Positions 23,158 through 32,406 of a stretch of DNA of 64,000 bases are shown here, one piece after another. The DNA is from an uncultured Candidatus Rokubacteria bacterium. GTDB lineage: Bacteria; Methylomirabilota; Methylomirabilia; Rokubacteriales; CSP1-6. The notes beneath the pieces are model-generated. The model was not told the DNA's origin, did not search any database, and saw only the letters and a list, made by a program, of their open reading frames with translations. The translations under genes were made by a program, and so were the position numbers. Every line of letters begins with the position of its first letter. Positions within the stretch are counted from its first letter, which is position 1. The DNA lies in contig CAVXJS010000011.1 of the NCBI GenBank assembly GCA_963762145.1, forward strand, positions 1-64,000. The letters run 5' to 3'.

Positions 23158-24941
23158 CGGACCCCTGGCTCCTGCGCTGGGACACCGCCCAGGATCAGCG
23201 GCCGACCGTCGTTCGCGCCGCGGACGTGGGCCGCTTTGGCCCGGGCTCGACGAGCTTCGTTGCATTCCAGGGGTACCTCTTCGACCGCGGTGAGCTGAGC
23301 ATCGGCCAGTCCGCGTCGGACGCGGGCCTCGTCGCATCGGCCTACGAGCGATGGCAGAGCGCCCTCTTCGACAAGCTGCGCGGGGGTTTCGCCCTGGCGA
23401 TCTGGGACGAGGAGCGCCAATGCGTGGTCGTTGGACGGGACGCCATGGGGCTGATCCCTTGCTTCTACTGGTGGAACGAGCGCATCCTCCTGGTGTCTCC
23501 GTCGCTCGACGCGCTCCTGGGCCAGCCGGAAGTGGACGCCCGTGTCAATCGGGCGCTCGTCGCGGAGTATCTGCAGAACATCCGGGGCTTCCAGCAGGTC
23601 CATGAGACCTTCTATGAGGACGTCCGGCGCCTGCCGCCCGCGCACTGGCTGTCCGTGAGTCGCGGGGCGCTGTCCCTGGCCCGCTACTGGGACCCGGTGC
23701 CGCCCGGCTTTGCCTGGGCGACCGAGGACGAGGTGTCCCGCTTCGCGGATGTCCTCGGCGCGGCGGTCGATCGTTGCCAGTCCGCCGGCGCGGACAGCCT
23801 GGCGCTGAGCGGCGGGTTCGACTCCGTGAGCATCGCGGTGGCGGCGGCTGCGCGCCGCCACGGGCGGCCCCCGCTGCACGCCGTGTCGCTGCGCTTCACC
23901 GATCCCTCCTGCGACGAAGGCCTGCGGCAGACCCAGGTCGCACAGGCTCTGGGGATGCCGCAGGTGATGCGGTCGCTCGACGAGTGCCTCGACGAGGACT
24001 CCTTCGTCGGCGAGCTCCGGGCCCTGTCCCGCGCATGCCCGGGCCCCGTCATGAGCGCGTGGCAGCCGATGTATGGCCGACTGCTGCGCGCGGCGGCCGA
24101 TCAGGGCCTCGGCCACCTGATGACGGGCGCCGGCGGGGACGAGATGTACTACGTGAATATGGGCTACGCGGCGGACTGTCTCGAGGCCTTCGACCTGCGC
24201 CGCCTCTGGCGCTTCTGTCAGGCCTGTCACGCGACGTGGCCGGGCATGCCGGTGCGAATCGCACGTTCAGTCCTCTGGGACGGGGCGATCAAGGGCGTGC
24301 TCAGGGAGCGGGCCCGCACACTGCTGTCTCCCGGGGCTCGCGAGCGGATCCGTACGCGACGGCTGAGGCGGGCGCGCCCGCCCTGGCTCGTGCCGGCCGA
24401 CGGGGGTCTCATCGCGAGGCTTGAGCGGCGGGCGGTCGAATCGCCCGCGGTGGAGATGGCCCCCGGTGAGGGCGCGTACGTGCGCGCCATGCGGCGTCTG
24501 CCACAGTCGCCGACCTTTTCGATGGAACTCGAACAGTCGCACGCGTGGACGGACCAGGTCGGATTCAGACTCCTGTACCCTTACTTCGATCGTGACCTGG
24601 TCGAGCTCTCCCTCCGCATGTCTCCTGAGCACCTGGTCGCGGGCGGGCGGGCCAAGGCGCCCCTGCGGCGACTGGTGGCAGAGCGGCTCCCGTCCGTGGC
24701 AATGCCCGCCCAGAAGGTGCTCTTCGGCCAATCGTTCGATCGCCTGTTCCGTCTCCATGGCCGGCGCGCGTGGACAGCGCTGGGTGGACCACGGGTGCTC
24801 AGCGAGTTGGGGATCGTCGATGCGCCGCAGGTTCGTGCCTTGATGGAGGAGTATTTCAGTGGTGTCGGCTCACGAAGCATGGAGGCCTGGCTGGTGCTGA
24901 GCACGGAACTCTGGCTCCAGGCCCGGTCTGACAGGCCCTAG
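23154..24941 (+). CDS. lasso peptide cyclase (C protein; asparagine-synthase-like, no N-terminal Cys)
   Basis: RDAMGLIP, RRLPPAH, LSGGFDS PP-loop, GAGGDE and YPYFDRDLVE. It lacks the MCG nucleophile and overlaps B1 by ATGA. Confidence 0.88.
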   Translation: MTDPWLLRWDTAQDQRPTVVRAADVGRFGPGSTSFVAFQGYLFDRGELSIGQSASDAGLVASAYERWQSALFDKLRGGFALAIWDEERQCVVVGRDAMGLIPCFYWWNERILLVSPSLDALLGQPEVDARVNRALVAEYLQNIRGFQQVHETFYEDVRRLPPAHWLSVSRGALSLARYWDPVPPGFAWATEDEVSRFADVLGAAVDRCQSAGADSLALSGGFDSVSIAVAAAARRHGRPPLHAVSLRFTDPSCDEGLRQTQVAQALGMPQVMRSLDECLDEDSFVGELRALSRACPGPVMSAWQPMYGRLLRAAADQGLGHLMTGAGGDEMYYVNMGYAADCLEAFDLRRLWRFCQACHATWPGMPVRIARSVLWDGAIKGVLRERARTLLSPGARERIRTRRLRRARPPWLVPADGGLIARLERRAVESPAVEMAPGEGAYVRAMRRLPQSPTFSMELEQSHAWTDQVGFRLLYPYFDRDLVELSLRMSPEHLVAGGRAKAPLRRLVAERLPSVAMPAQKVLFGQSFDRLFRLHGRRAWTALGGPRVLSELGIVDAPQVRALMEEYFSGVGSRSMEAWLVLSTELWLQARSDRP

Positions 24942-24964
24942 CGAGCGGAGGGAGGACGATCAGG

Positions 24965-25147
24965 ATGGGAAAGCCCGAAGAGAGATTTCCACAGGCCCAC
25001 CCGGAGGAGAAGTCGCCATGGGAGCGTCCCAGAGTGACGCTGGCCGGTACAGTCTCCTTGCTCGTGCGCGCCGGTAGCGCTCAGGGCAAGGGCGGTACCG
25101 AGCAGGACGGCGATATGAGTCAATTTCAGGCCCGGAGCAACCCCTGA
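24965..25147 (+). CDS. putative lasso-like RiPP precursor peptide (60 aa)
   Basis: Strong RBS (GGAGGGAGG). Leader motif W-E-R-P-R-V-x3-G, then the Gly/Asp-rich core-like tail AGSAQGKGGTEQDGDMSQFQARSNP. Lies between the cyclase and the kinase. Confidence 0.8.
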   Translation: MGKPEERFPQAHPEEKSPWERPRVTLAGTVSLLVRAGSAQGKGGTEQDGDMSQFQARSNP

Positions 25148-25184
25148 ACGAGCGGGGCCGCGCGAGGCGACGCCAGAGATCGGT

Positions 25185-26081
25185 GTGCTGAACCACACGA
25201 GAGCCAGGGCCGTGTCGGAAGACGGATCAGCGATCCCTGGGTTGATCCTCGTCGATCGCGTGCAGCCGACATCCGATTTGCTGGACCCGCTCGCCCCCGG
25301 TGTCGAGGTGTGCCACGACGCCAGGGGAGATCTGCTCGCCTACTGTCGCGCGGGGAACGGGACGCTTCGTGTGGACATCCCCGACCTGGCCTCGTTCTCC
25401 TACGAGCGCGGCACCGGCCACGTGAGGGCGATCCCCTATCGGCCGCTCTCGCCCGGCTTCATCCTGGAGACGTATCAGCATTGCGTGCTTCCCTTGATCC
25501 TGCCGGCGCTGGGCACTGAAGTCCTGCACGCGAGCGCCGTCGTCGGCGCTGCGGGTGTTGCCGCATTCTGCGGCCCGTCGGGAACCGGCAAGTCGACGAT
25601 TGCCGTCGCGCTGGCGCGTCGCGGGTATGCGCTCTGGGCCGATGATGCGGTCGCGATCGACACGGCCGAGCCCGAGCCGACGGCCATCCCGCTGCCGTTC
25701 ACGGTCCGGCTTCACTCCGACTCCGCCCGTTTCTTGGATGCCGCGTGCGAAGCGGGGACCTCTGTTGCGGCGGCCCCGCTCGACGCACAATCCGCTCCGC
25801 TCGCGGTGCTGTGCATGCTGCGGCGGACTCCGGACGCGACCGCCGCGGTGGCGGTCGAGCGGCTCGAGGCCGCCTCGACGTGTCAGGCGGCGCTGGCCCA
25901 CGCCTACTGCTTCAGCGTGAAGGACCTGGCGCAGAAGCGGCGCACGATCTGGAACTACCTGACGATGAGCGGACGGGTGTCGGCGTACGAGATTCGATTC
26001 CGCCCCGGGTTCGAGCGTCTCCCGGTCGTACTCGACGCCATCGAGGCGATCGTCGGCCGCGTACCGACCGACCCGAGATGA
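25185..26081 (+). CDS. HPr-kinase-like (lasso peptide-associated) kinase
   Basis: VLHASAV, Walker A GPSGTGKST and WADD motif, as in PadeK-type kinases. Confidence 0.85.
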   Translation: MLNHTRARAVSEDGSAIPGLILVDRVQPTSDLLDPLAPGVEVCHDARGDLLAYCRAGNGTLRVDIPDLASFSYERGTGHVRAIPYRPLSPGFILETYQHCVLPLILPALGTEVLHASAVVGAAGVAAFCGPSGTGKSTIAVALARRGYALWADDAVAIDTAEPEPTAIPLPFTVRLHSDSARFLDAACEAGTSVAAAPLDAQSAPLAVLCMLRRTPDATAAVAVERLEAASTCQAALAHAYCFSVKDLAQKRRTIWNYLTMSGRVSAYEIRFRPGFERLPVVLDAIEAIVGRVPTDPR

Positions 26082-27342
26082 CCGGAGCTATCAAGCCCGA
26101 AGACGGACTCTCGCCCGAGCTGGCATGTCTGTTGCTCCTCGTGCGGGGTGATCTGACCGCAGCGGACCAAGACCGTGCTCACGGGTTCCTAGAGCAGCCT
26201 CTCGCCTGGCAGGTCATCGTGCGATCGGCGTCCGAGCACGGAGTGTACCCGGCGGTTGCCCGGAATCTGAGGCGGCTCGGCTGGCCTCACGTCCCCGAGG
26301 CCTTCCGGAGCAACCTGGAGGCCGCCGCGCGCCTCAACGCCGCCCGGAATGCGCTGCTCGTCCGTGGCCTCGAGCAGATCCTCGGCCAATTCACCCGCGC
26401 TGCGGTCCCGGTGATCCCCCTCAAGGGGGTGGCGCTGGCCGAGTCGCTCCATGCTGACGTCGGCCTCCGGGTGTGCTCGGACCTGGACATTCTCGTGCCG
26501 CGCCGTGCGGTCGCGCAGGCCTTCGAACTGCTGCTGGCCGCCGGCTACGAGCAGACTGACCGGTTGCGCGTCGAGCCGCCGGACGTGGACTTCCTCGTGC
26601 GCAGCGCCATGGAGTATGGCTTCACTCCGCCGGTATCGGCCTTCCCCTACCTCCTCGAGCTTCACTGGGACATTGCCTGGCGCTGGCGAGGCGACACGGC
26701 GATGGTGGACGACCTGTGGGCCGAGGCGCGGCCGCAGCGCGTTCCGGGGAGTCGAGGCATGGACGCTGAGCCCCGAGTGGGAGCTGCTCTACCTCGCCGT
26801 GCACGCGGCCCGGCATCGCTGGCAGGGATTGAAGTGGCTCGTGGACATCCACGAGGTATGCATCGCGGGCGAAGTTCGACTGGGACACGGTGACGGACAA
26901 GGCGCATCGCTTCGGGCTCGAACGGGTGCTGGGCGTCAGCCTGAGCGTCTGCCAGGCGCTCTTCGGCACGCCGCTGCCGCCCGACTATTCCGGGCATCCG
27001 GTTCCGTCGTGGGTCCCCCTGTTCCCGGCATCGGCCCCGAGCATGGGCGAATGGCGAGAGGCCTTGCGGGCGCGGCGCCTGTTCCGGCGCCCGCAGGATC
27101 GGCTGCGCTATCTGGCGCGGATCGCGTTGCGTCCGACGCTGGGTGAGCTCGAGATGGTCCGGCTGCCGCCCGGCCTCCGGATGCTCTACTATCCGTTGCG
27201 TCTTCTTCGCCTGGGGATCGCAAGTGGTTGCGGGCTAGCGCGCGCCGCACTGCGGGCGAAATTGCTTGGGACCGTCATCGGGGGAGTCCATACTCTCACC
27301 TCGACCTATAGGCATCGGCCTTCGACTATAGGGAGGGACTGA
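26078..27342 (+). CDS. nucleotidyltransferase family protein (NTP_transf_5-like; frameshifts near 26745 and 26875)
   Basis: PLKGVALAE, RVCSDLDILV, LELHW and LLYLAVHAARH...LKWLVDI; ATGA overlap with the kinase. Confidence 0.85.
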
Positions 27343-27343
27343 T

Positions 27344-28532
27344 ATGCATCGGGTAGCGGTGAGACGTGTGGCTTCGGTCCTGCTGGGATGCCTGCTCGCC
27401 CTGGCTGCCATCGGCAGGCCGGCGCTGGCGCTGGACCTCGGCGAGTGGATCCCCGGGCTCAAGCTCAGCCCGTTCCTCAGCGAGCGGGTGGAGTACCAGA
27501 GCAACGTCTTCCAGGTTCCGAGTCACTCGCAGAGCGACGTGATCTTCAAGACCATTCCCGGCTTCCTGGCCGATTACACGTTCGGGCCCCACTCCGTGAC
27601 GCCGGCTACCGGGCCGAGATCCTGAACTACGTCGACCTCACTGACCAGAACACCGTCAACCATATCGCGGTCTTCTTGCTCCGGCTCGACTTTCCACGCC
27701 GCTGCTCACCCTGCGCGAGGACTTCGTGCACACCAGCGATCCGCCGGGGACGGAGCTGACCGGGGCCCGATGGAGAGCTCCACCAACACGCTGAGGCCCG
27801 AAGGGGAGTACCGGATCACATCGACCTTCTCACGGGAGTGAACTTCACGTGGACGCACGTGCGGTTCGACCAGGCATCCATTGGCAACCTCATCGACCGC
27901 GACGAGTACCGTCCCGGCGCGTCGGTATTCTGGAAGTTTACCCCGAAGGCGGATATCGGGCTCAACTACACCTACGGGCGGGTCATCTTCTCGGAGGCCA
28001 GACGACCGGAACTACACCGACAATCTCGTCTTCGTCGAGCCTGCGGGGAGACATCACGGCCAAGCTCTCCTCGACGTTGCGGGTGGGATACCTGATCCGC
28101 ACGCCCGACTCCAGCAGCCAGCCCGGCTGGAGTGGGTTGACCTTCGGGGGAGACACGACCTACAAGCCGACCGAGCGGACCACCATCACCCTGGCGACCC
28201 AGCGGGTTCCGCAGGAGTCGACATTCGGGACGGACCCGTTCTATGTCACGACGAACGCGAGCCTCTCGGTGACGCAACAGTTGCTCCCCAAGCTGAGCGT
28301 CAACGCCCGCCTCGGGGGCGGAGTCAACGACTACTCGACGAAGCAGACGACCGACGGGAGGACCGACTTCCGGCGGGACACCTTCATCCTGGCCGGTGCC
28401 GGCATCGACTACGACATCCAGCCGTGGCTGCGGGTCGGGCTCGAGTACCGGCGGACGAGCCGCGATTCCAACTTCCCTTCGTTTCGCTTCGTGGATGACC
28501 GCGTGAGCGGGCGGGCTACGGTGCAGTTCTAG
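27344..28532 (+). CDS. outer-membrane beta-barrel protein, EPS-locus type (frameshifted)
   Basis: Signal peptide, alternating beta-strands, YRRTSRDSN and a C-terminal Phe (ATVQF); upstream of wza. Confidence 0.75.
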
Positions 28533-28569
28533 CCCCCTCACCCTGCCCTCTCCCCGGAGGGGAGAGGGG
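28533..28569. repeat. REP-like GC-rich palindromic element
   Basis: CCCCCTCACCCTGCCCTCTCCCC-GGA-GGGGAGAGGGG with a perfect 10-bp stem, directly after a stop codon. There is one copy in the window. Confidence 0.55.
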
Positions 28570-28577
28570 TAGGCCGC

Positions 28578-28606
28578 TTGACAGCCGGTCGCCCCTCGCA
28601 TAAGCT
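28578..28606 (+). promoter_or_regulatory. putative sigma70 promoter of wza-wzc
   Basis: TTGACA-N17-TAAGCT, ending 25 nt before ATG 28632. Confidence 0.6.
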
Positions 28607-28631
28607 TCCGACACTACAGGTGAAAGTTCCG

Positions 28632-29486
28632 ATGGTCCGGCTTCTGCACAGCTCTCTATCATTCCCGGTTACCTTGGCGCTGGTGCTCTGCGTGGGCTCC
28701 CCGGCGTTGGGCCAGGAGTACACGATCGGGCCCCGCGACGTATTGGGGATCTCGGTATGGGGGCAGGCGGATCTGTCCCGGGATTACACGGTGGACCCGG
28801 ACGGTTTCATCCCGTTTCCGCTGGTCGGCCGTGTGAAGGCGGTGGGGTCGAACCCGAAGGAGCTGGCGGCGCAGCTGACCGAGCGCCTCGGGAAAGACTA
28901 CCTGGTCAACCCGCAGGTCATCGTATGGGTGAAGGAGTATCTCTCCCAGAAGGTCCAGGTGCTCGGGGCGGCGGAGAAACCAGGCGTCTACTATCTCAAT
29001 GGCCCGACGACGATGCTGGAGATCCTCTCGAAGGCGGGCGGGCTGGCGTCTACCGCCGGCAAGCAGGTCATTCTCCTCCGGAACCACGTCGCCTCCGCAG
29101 GCGGCGAGGTGAGCGCAAGCCCCATCCTGCGCATCAGCCTGGACAAGATGCAGGCGGGGGACCCGGCGGAGAACACCCGGGTGCAAAATCAGGACACCAT
29201 CATCGTGTCCAAGGCGCAGGCCCACTCGTATTTCGTCCTGGGCGAGGTCAAGAAGCCCGGCGGGTACACGCTCGAGAAGGAGACGAACATTCTGGAGGGG
29301 ATCACGATCGCGGGCGGCTTCACGGACAAGGCGGCGCCCAGCCGCATCCGTCTGCTCCGCTCGACCCCCGAGGGGCAGAAGGTCATCGAGGTCGACATGA
29401 ACGACATCCTCCGGCGCGGCCGCGAGGCGAAAGGCATCATGCTCCAGGAGAGCGATGTCGTGGTGGTGCCCGAGAGTTTTTTTTAG
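28632..29486 (+). CDS. polysaccharide export protein (Poly_export + 2 SLBB; Wza-like)
   Basis: YTIGPRDVLGISVWGQADLS, VDPDGFIPFPLVG, LVNPQV, GEVKKPG and AGGFT. Confidence 0.9.
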   Translation: MVRLLHSSLSFPVTLALVLCVGSPALGQEYTIGPRDVLGISVWGQADLSRDYTVDPDGFIPFPLVGRVKAVGSNPKELAAQLTERLGKDYLVNPQVIVWVKEYLSQKVQVLGAAEKPGVYYLNGPTTMLEILSKAGGLASTAGKQVILLRNHVASAGGEVSASPILRISLDKMQAGDPAENTRVQNQDTIIVSKAQAHSYFVLGEVKKPGGYTLEKETNILEGITIAGGFTDKAAPSRIRLLRSTPEGQKVIEVDMNDILRRGREAKGIMLQESDVVVVPESFF

Positions 29487-29528
29487 TGGTGGAGCCCAAG
29501 GTGAAGGATTTTGTCCCCAGATAGGCAC

Positions 29529-30893
29529 ATGATGCTCGAACGCGAGCCACAGCCACGGGCTGCCGATTATCGGCGCCTCCTGCGCAAGCACCGGTGGCTG
29601 ATGACCGGGGTCTTCCTCCTGACGGTGCTCACCGCCGCGATCTGGACCTTCGTCCAGGTGCCGATCTACGAGGCCGTGGCGACCATCCTCATCGACCCCG
29701 AGCCGCCGAGGGTGCTGAACATCCAGGACGTGGTCCCGATGGGTAGTGGGTTGTGGGACCGAAACTTCTACCCGACCCAGTACGAGATCATCCAGAGCCG
29801 GCCGGTGCGCGAGCGGGCCGCCGCGGTGCTGAGGGCTCGGAAGGGCTTGGCGGAAGGTGTAGCTGGCGAGCTGTCAGGGGCGATCACCGTCGAGCCCAAG
29901 CGGAATACGCGGCTGGTGCTGATCAAGATCGCTGGTCCCGATCCGGTGCTTTCGGCCGAGGAGGCCAACGCGGTCGCCAGTGCCTACGCGAGGTACAACG
30001 TCGAGCTCAAGCTCAAGGGGGCTCGGGACGCGCTCACGTGGCTGACGGAGGAGGCTGGGCGGCTCCGGGCGAAGGCCGAGGAATCCTCCCAGGCGCTGCA
30101 GAACTACCGGGTCAAGACCGGAATCCTCGGGATGCAGGAGCAGCGCCAGATCACGGCCGCGAAGATCATGGACTTCAACAAGGCCTTTCTGGAAGCCCAG
30201 GCCCAGCGGCTGTCCCTGGAGTCCAAGCTCCAGCAGCTGGATCGGATCGCCAAGGAACCGGCCGGCGTCCAGACGATCTTCACCGTGGCGGAAAATCCCC
30301 TTATCGACCGGCTGAAGGGCGAGGCGTCAACCCTCGAGACCGAGAAGTCCAAGCTCCTGAAGGTGTACAAGGATCAGCATCCGGAGATCCTGAAGGTCGA
30401 TGCACAGATCCTGCAGGTCAAGCAACGGCTCGAGGCGGAGTTTCAGAACACGCTTCGGGCCGTCCAGACTCAATACAAGGTGGCCAAGGGGCGTGAAGAC
30501 ACGCTCGCCAACCAGGTCAATCAGCTCCGTCAGGAAGGGCAGCAGCTGAACGAGAGGGAGATCCAGTACCAGAACCTCCAGCGCGAGGTCGAGTCCAACC
30601 AGGCCCTCTACGAGTCCGTGGTCAAGCGCATGAAGGAGACCGGGGTGGCCGGCGGTCTCGAGGACAGCAACGTGCGGATCATCGAGGCGGCCACGCCGCC
30701 CACCGTCCCGATCCGACCGCGACAGACCCGGAATCTGGTGGTGAGTATCGTGGCGGGGCTGATTCTCGCGTTCGGGGTGGCCTTCGCCCTCGAGTACCTC
30801 GACACCACCGTGAAGACTCCCGACGACGTGGAGCGCTATCTCGGCCTGTCGGTGATCGGGGTCGTCCCGGCGTTCCAGGCCAGGCGACGCTGA
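29529..30893 (+). CDS. GumC/Wzc-type polysaccharide co-polymerase (chain length determinant)
   Basis: Two TMs flanking a coiled coil, PIYEAVATILI, YKDQHP, NVRIIEAATPP..P and EYLDTTVKTPDDVERYLGLSVIGVVP. Confidence 0.9.
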   Translation: MMLEREPQPRAADYRRLLRKHRWLMTGVFLLTVLTAAIWTFVQVPIYEAVATILIDPEPPRVLNIQDVVPMGSGLWDRNFYPTQYEIIQSRPVRERAAAVLRARKGLAEGVAGELSGAITVEPKRNTRLVLIKIAGPDPVLSAEEANAVASAYARYNVELKLKGARDALTWLTEEAGRLRAKAEESSQALQNYRVKTGILGMQEQRQITAAKIMDFNKAFLEAQAQRLSLESKLQQLDRIAKEPAGVQTIFTVAENPLIDRLKGEASTLETEKSKLLKVYKDQHPEILKVDAQILQVKQRLEAEFQNTLRAVQTQYKVAKGREDTLANQVNQLRQEGQQLNEREIQYQNLQREVESNQALYESVVKRMKETGVAGGLEDSNVRIIEAATPPTVPIRPRQTRNLVVSIVAGLILAFGVAFALEYLDTTVKTPDDVERYLGLSVIGVVPAFQARRR

Positions 30894-31636
30894 TGGCTGC
30901 GCACGAGAGCCGGGGGCACCCCCACCATCCCGATCCGGTCCTCATCACGCTGAGCGATCCCAAGTCCGCCGCCTCGGAGGCTTTCCGGACGCTCCGCACC
31001 AATATCCAGTTTGCCGGGCTGGATCAGCCCTGCCGGAGCATCGTGGTCACCTCGGCCGGTCCCGAAGAAGGGAAGACCACCTCTGCGGCCAACTTCGGCG
31101 TGGTGGCCGCGCAGGCCGGCGTCCCGCGTGTGCGTGGTCGATTCCGACCTCCGGCGCCCGACGCTGCACCGTCTCTTCAAGCTGAGCAATGCGCGGGGGC
31201 TGACCACGGCCCTGCTGGAGGGCCTGTCGTTCGCCGAGGTGGCCCAGCCCACGGTGGTGCCCAACCTCTCGATCCTGCCCAGCGGGCCGCTGCCACCCAA
31301 CCCGGCCGAGCTGGTGGGCTCCCACCGGATGCGCGAGCTGTCTGCGGGCCGCCACCGAGTCGTTCGATCTCGTCCTGTGTGACAGCCCCCCGCTGATGGC
31401 CGTCGGCGACGCGGCGGCCCTCGCCGCGCAGTGCGACGGGGTGATCTTCGTGATCCGGGTCGGCAAGACGGCCCATGACGTCCTGCGGCGCGTGGTGGAC
31501 CAGATCGAGGCGGTCAAGGGGCAGGATCCTGGGCGTCGTCCTCAACCGGGCCGATCCGCGACGCGACGGCTACTACTATTACTACCAGGCCTACCAGAGC
31601 TACTACGGAGCCGATGAGGGCGGCACGAAGCGCTGA
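30893..31636 (+). CDS. CpsD/CapB-family BY-kinase (frameshifted)
   Basis: SEAFRTLRTNI, Walker A GPEEGKTT, DSDLRRP, PPNPAEL, DSPP and the Tyr cluster YYYYYQAYQSYY. Confidence 0.9.
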
Positions 31637-32406
31637 GGCGCGCCGGCCTGTACGGCCAGCGGGCCGTCTGATCCGCGCGGTGACGCTCGATCTGTGGGGC
31701 ACGCTGTTTCTCGACGGCCCGGCCAGCGATGATCGCTACAAGCGCCAGCGACTGGCCGGGATCCAGGCCGCGCTGGCCGGTGTCGGCATCACGGTAGCTT
31801 CGGCCCAGCTCGAGCGAGGCTACGCCGCCGCCGGCCACCGGCTCGGCGAGCTCTGGCAGACGAACCGGGACGTCCCGATCCGGGAATTCGTCGATGGCGC
31901 TCCTCGAGGCGGTCGATGCCGCGCTGCCGGGTCGGCTGAGCGCCGAAACCATGGCGGTCCTGATCAGGGCCTACGCGAGCCCGGCCCTGCTGGCGCCACC
32001 GGCCGTCGACCCGGGCGCTCGCTCTGCGCTCGAGACGCTCGCCGCCGAGGGAACCCGCCTCGCGATCATCTCGAACACCATGCGCACTCCGGGCGAGGTG
32101 GTGCGACAGGTGCTCGACAAGTCGGGACTCCTCCCGCTGTTCCGAGTGCTGACCTTTTCCGACGAATGCGGGATCAGGAAACCGGCCTCGGGGATCTTCC
32201 TTCGCACGCTGAAGGATCTGGATGTGTTGCCCGAGGAGGCGGTGCACGTGGGTGACGACGCGATCCTCGATGTCGAGGGCGCCCGGGATGCCGGGATGCG
32301 CGTGATCCAGGTGACCCACGACGGGCGCGCCACCGCCCCCGTGAAGCCGGACGCCGTCATCCGGCACCTCGGCGAGCTGCCGGCCGCGTTGCGGCGGCTC
32401 CGCTGA
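31614..32406 (+). CDS. HAD-family hydrolase (one frameshift near 31895)
   Basis: TLDLWGTL, IISNT, RKP, HVGDD..LDVEGARDAGM. The start is uncertain. Confidence 0.85.

Noticed and set aside
29477-29484. T8 run as an intrinsic terminator
   Set aside because: It is within the last codons of the wza-like gene (SFF-stop) with no clear preceding stem.
31571-31606. TAC/TAT trinucleotide run as a microsatellite
   Set aside because: It encodes the BY-kinase tyrosine cluster.
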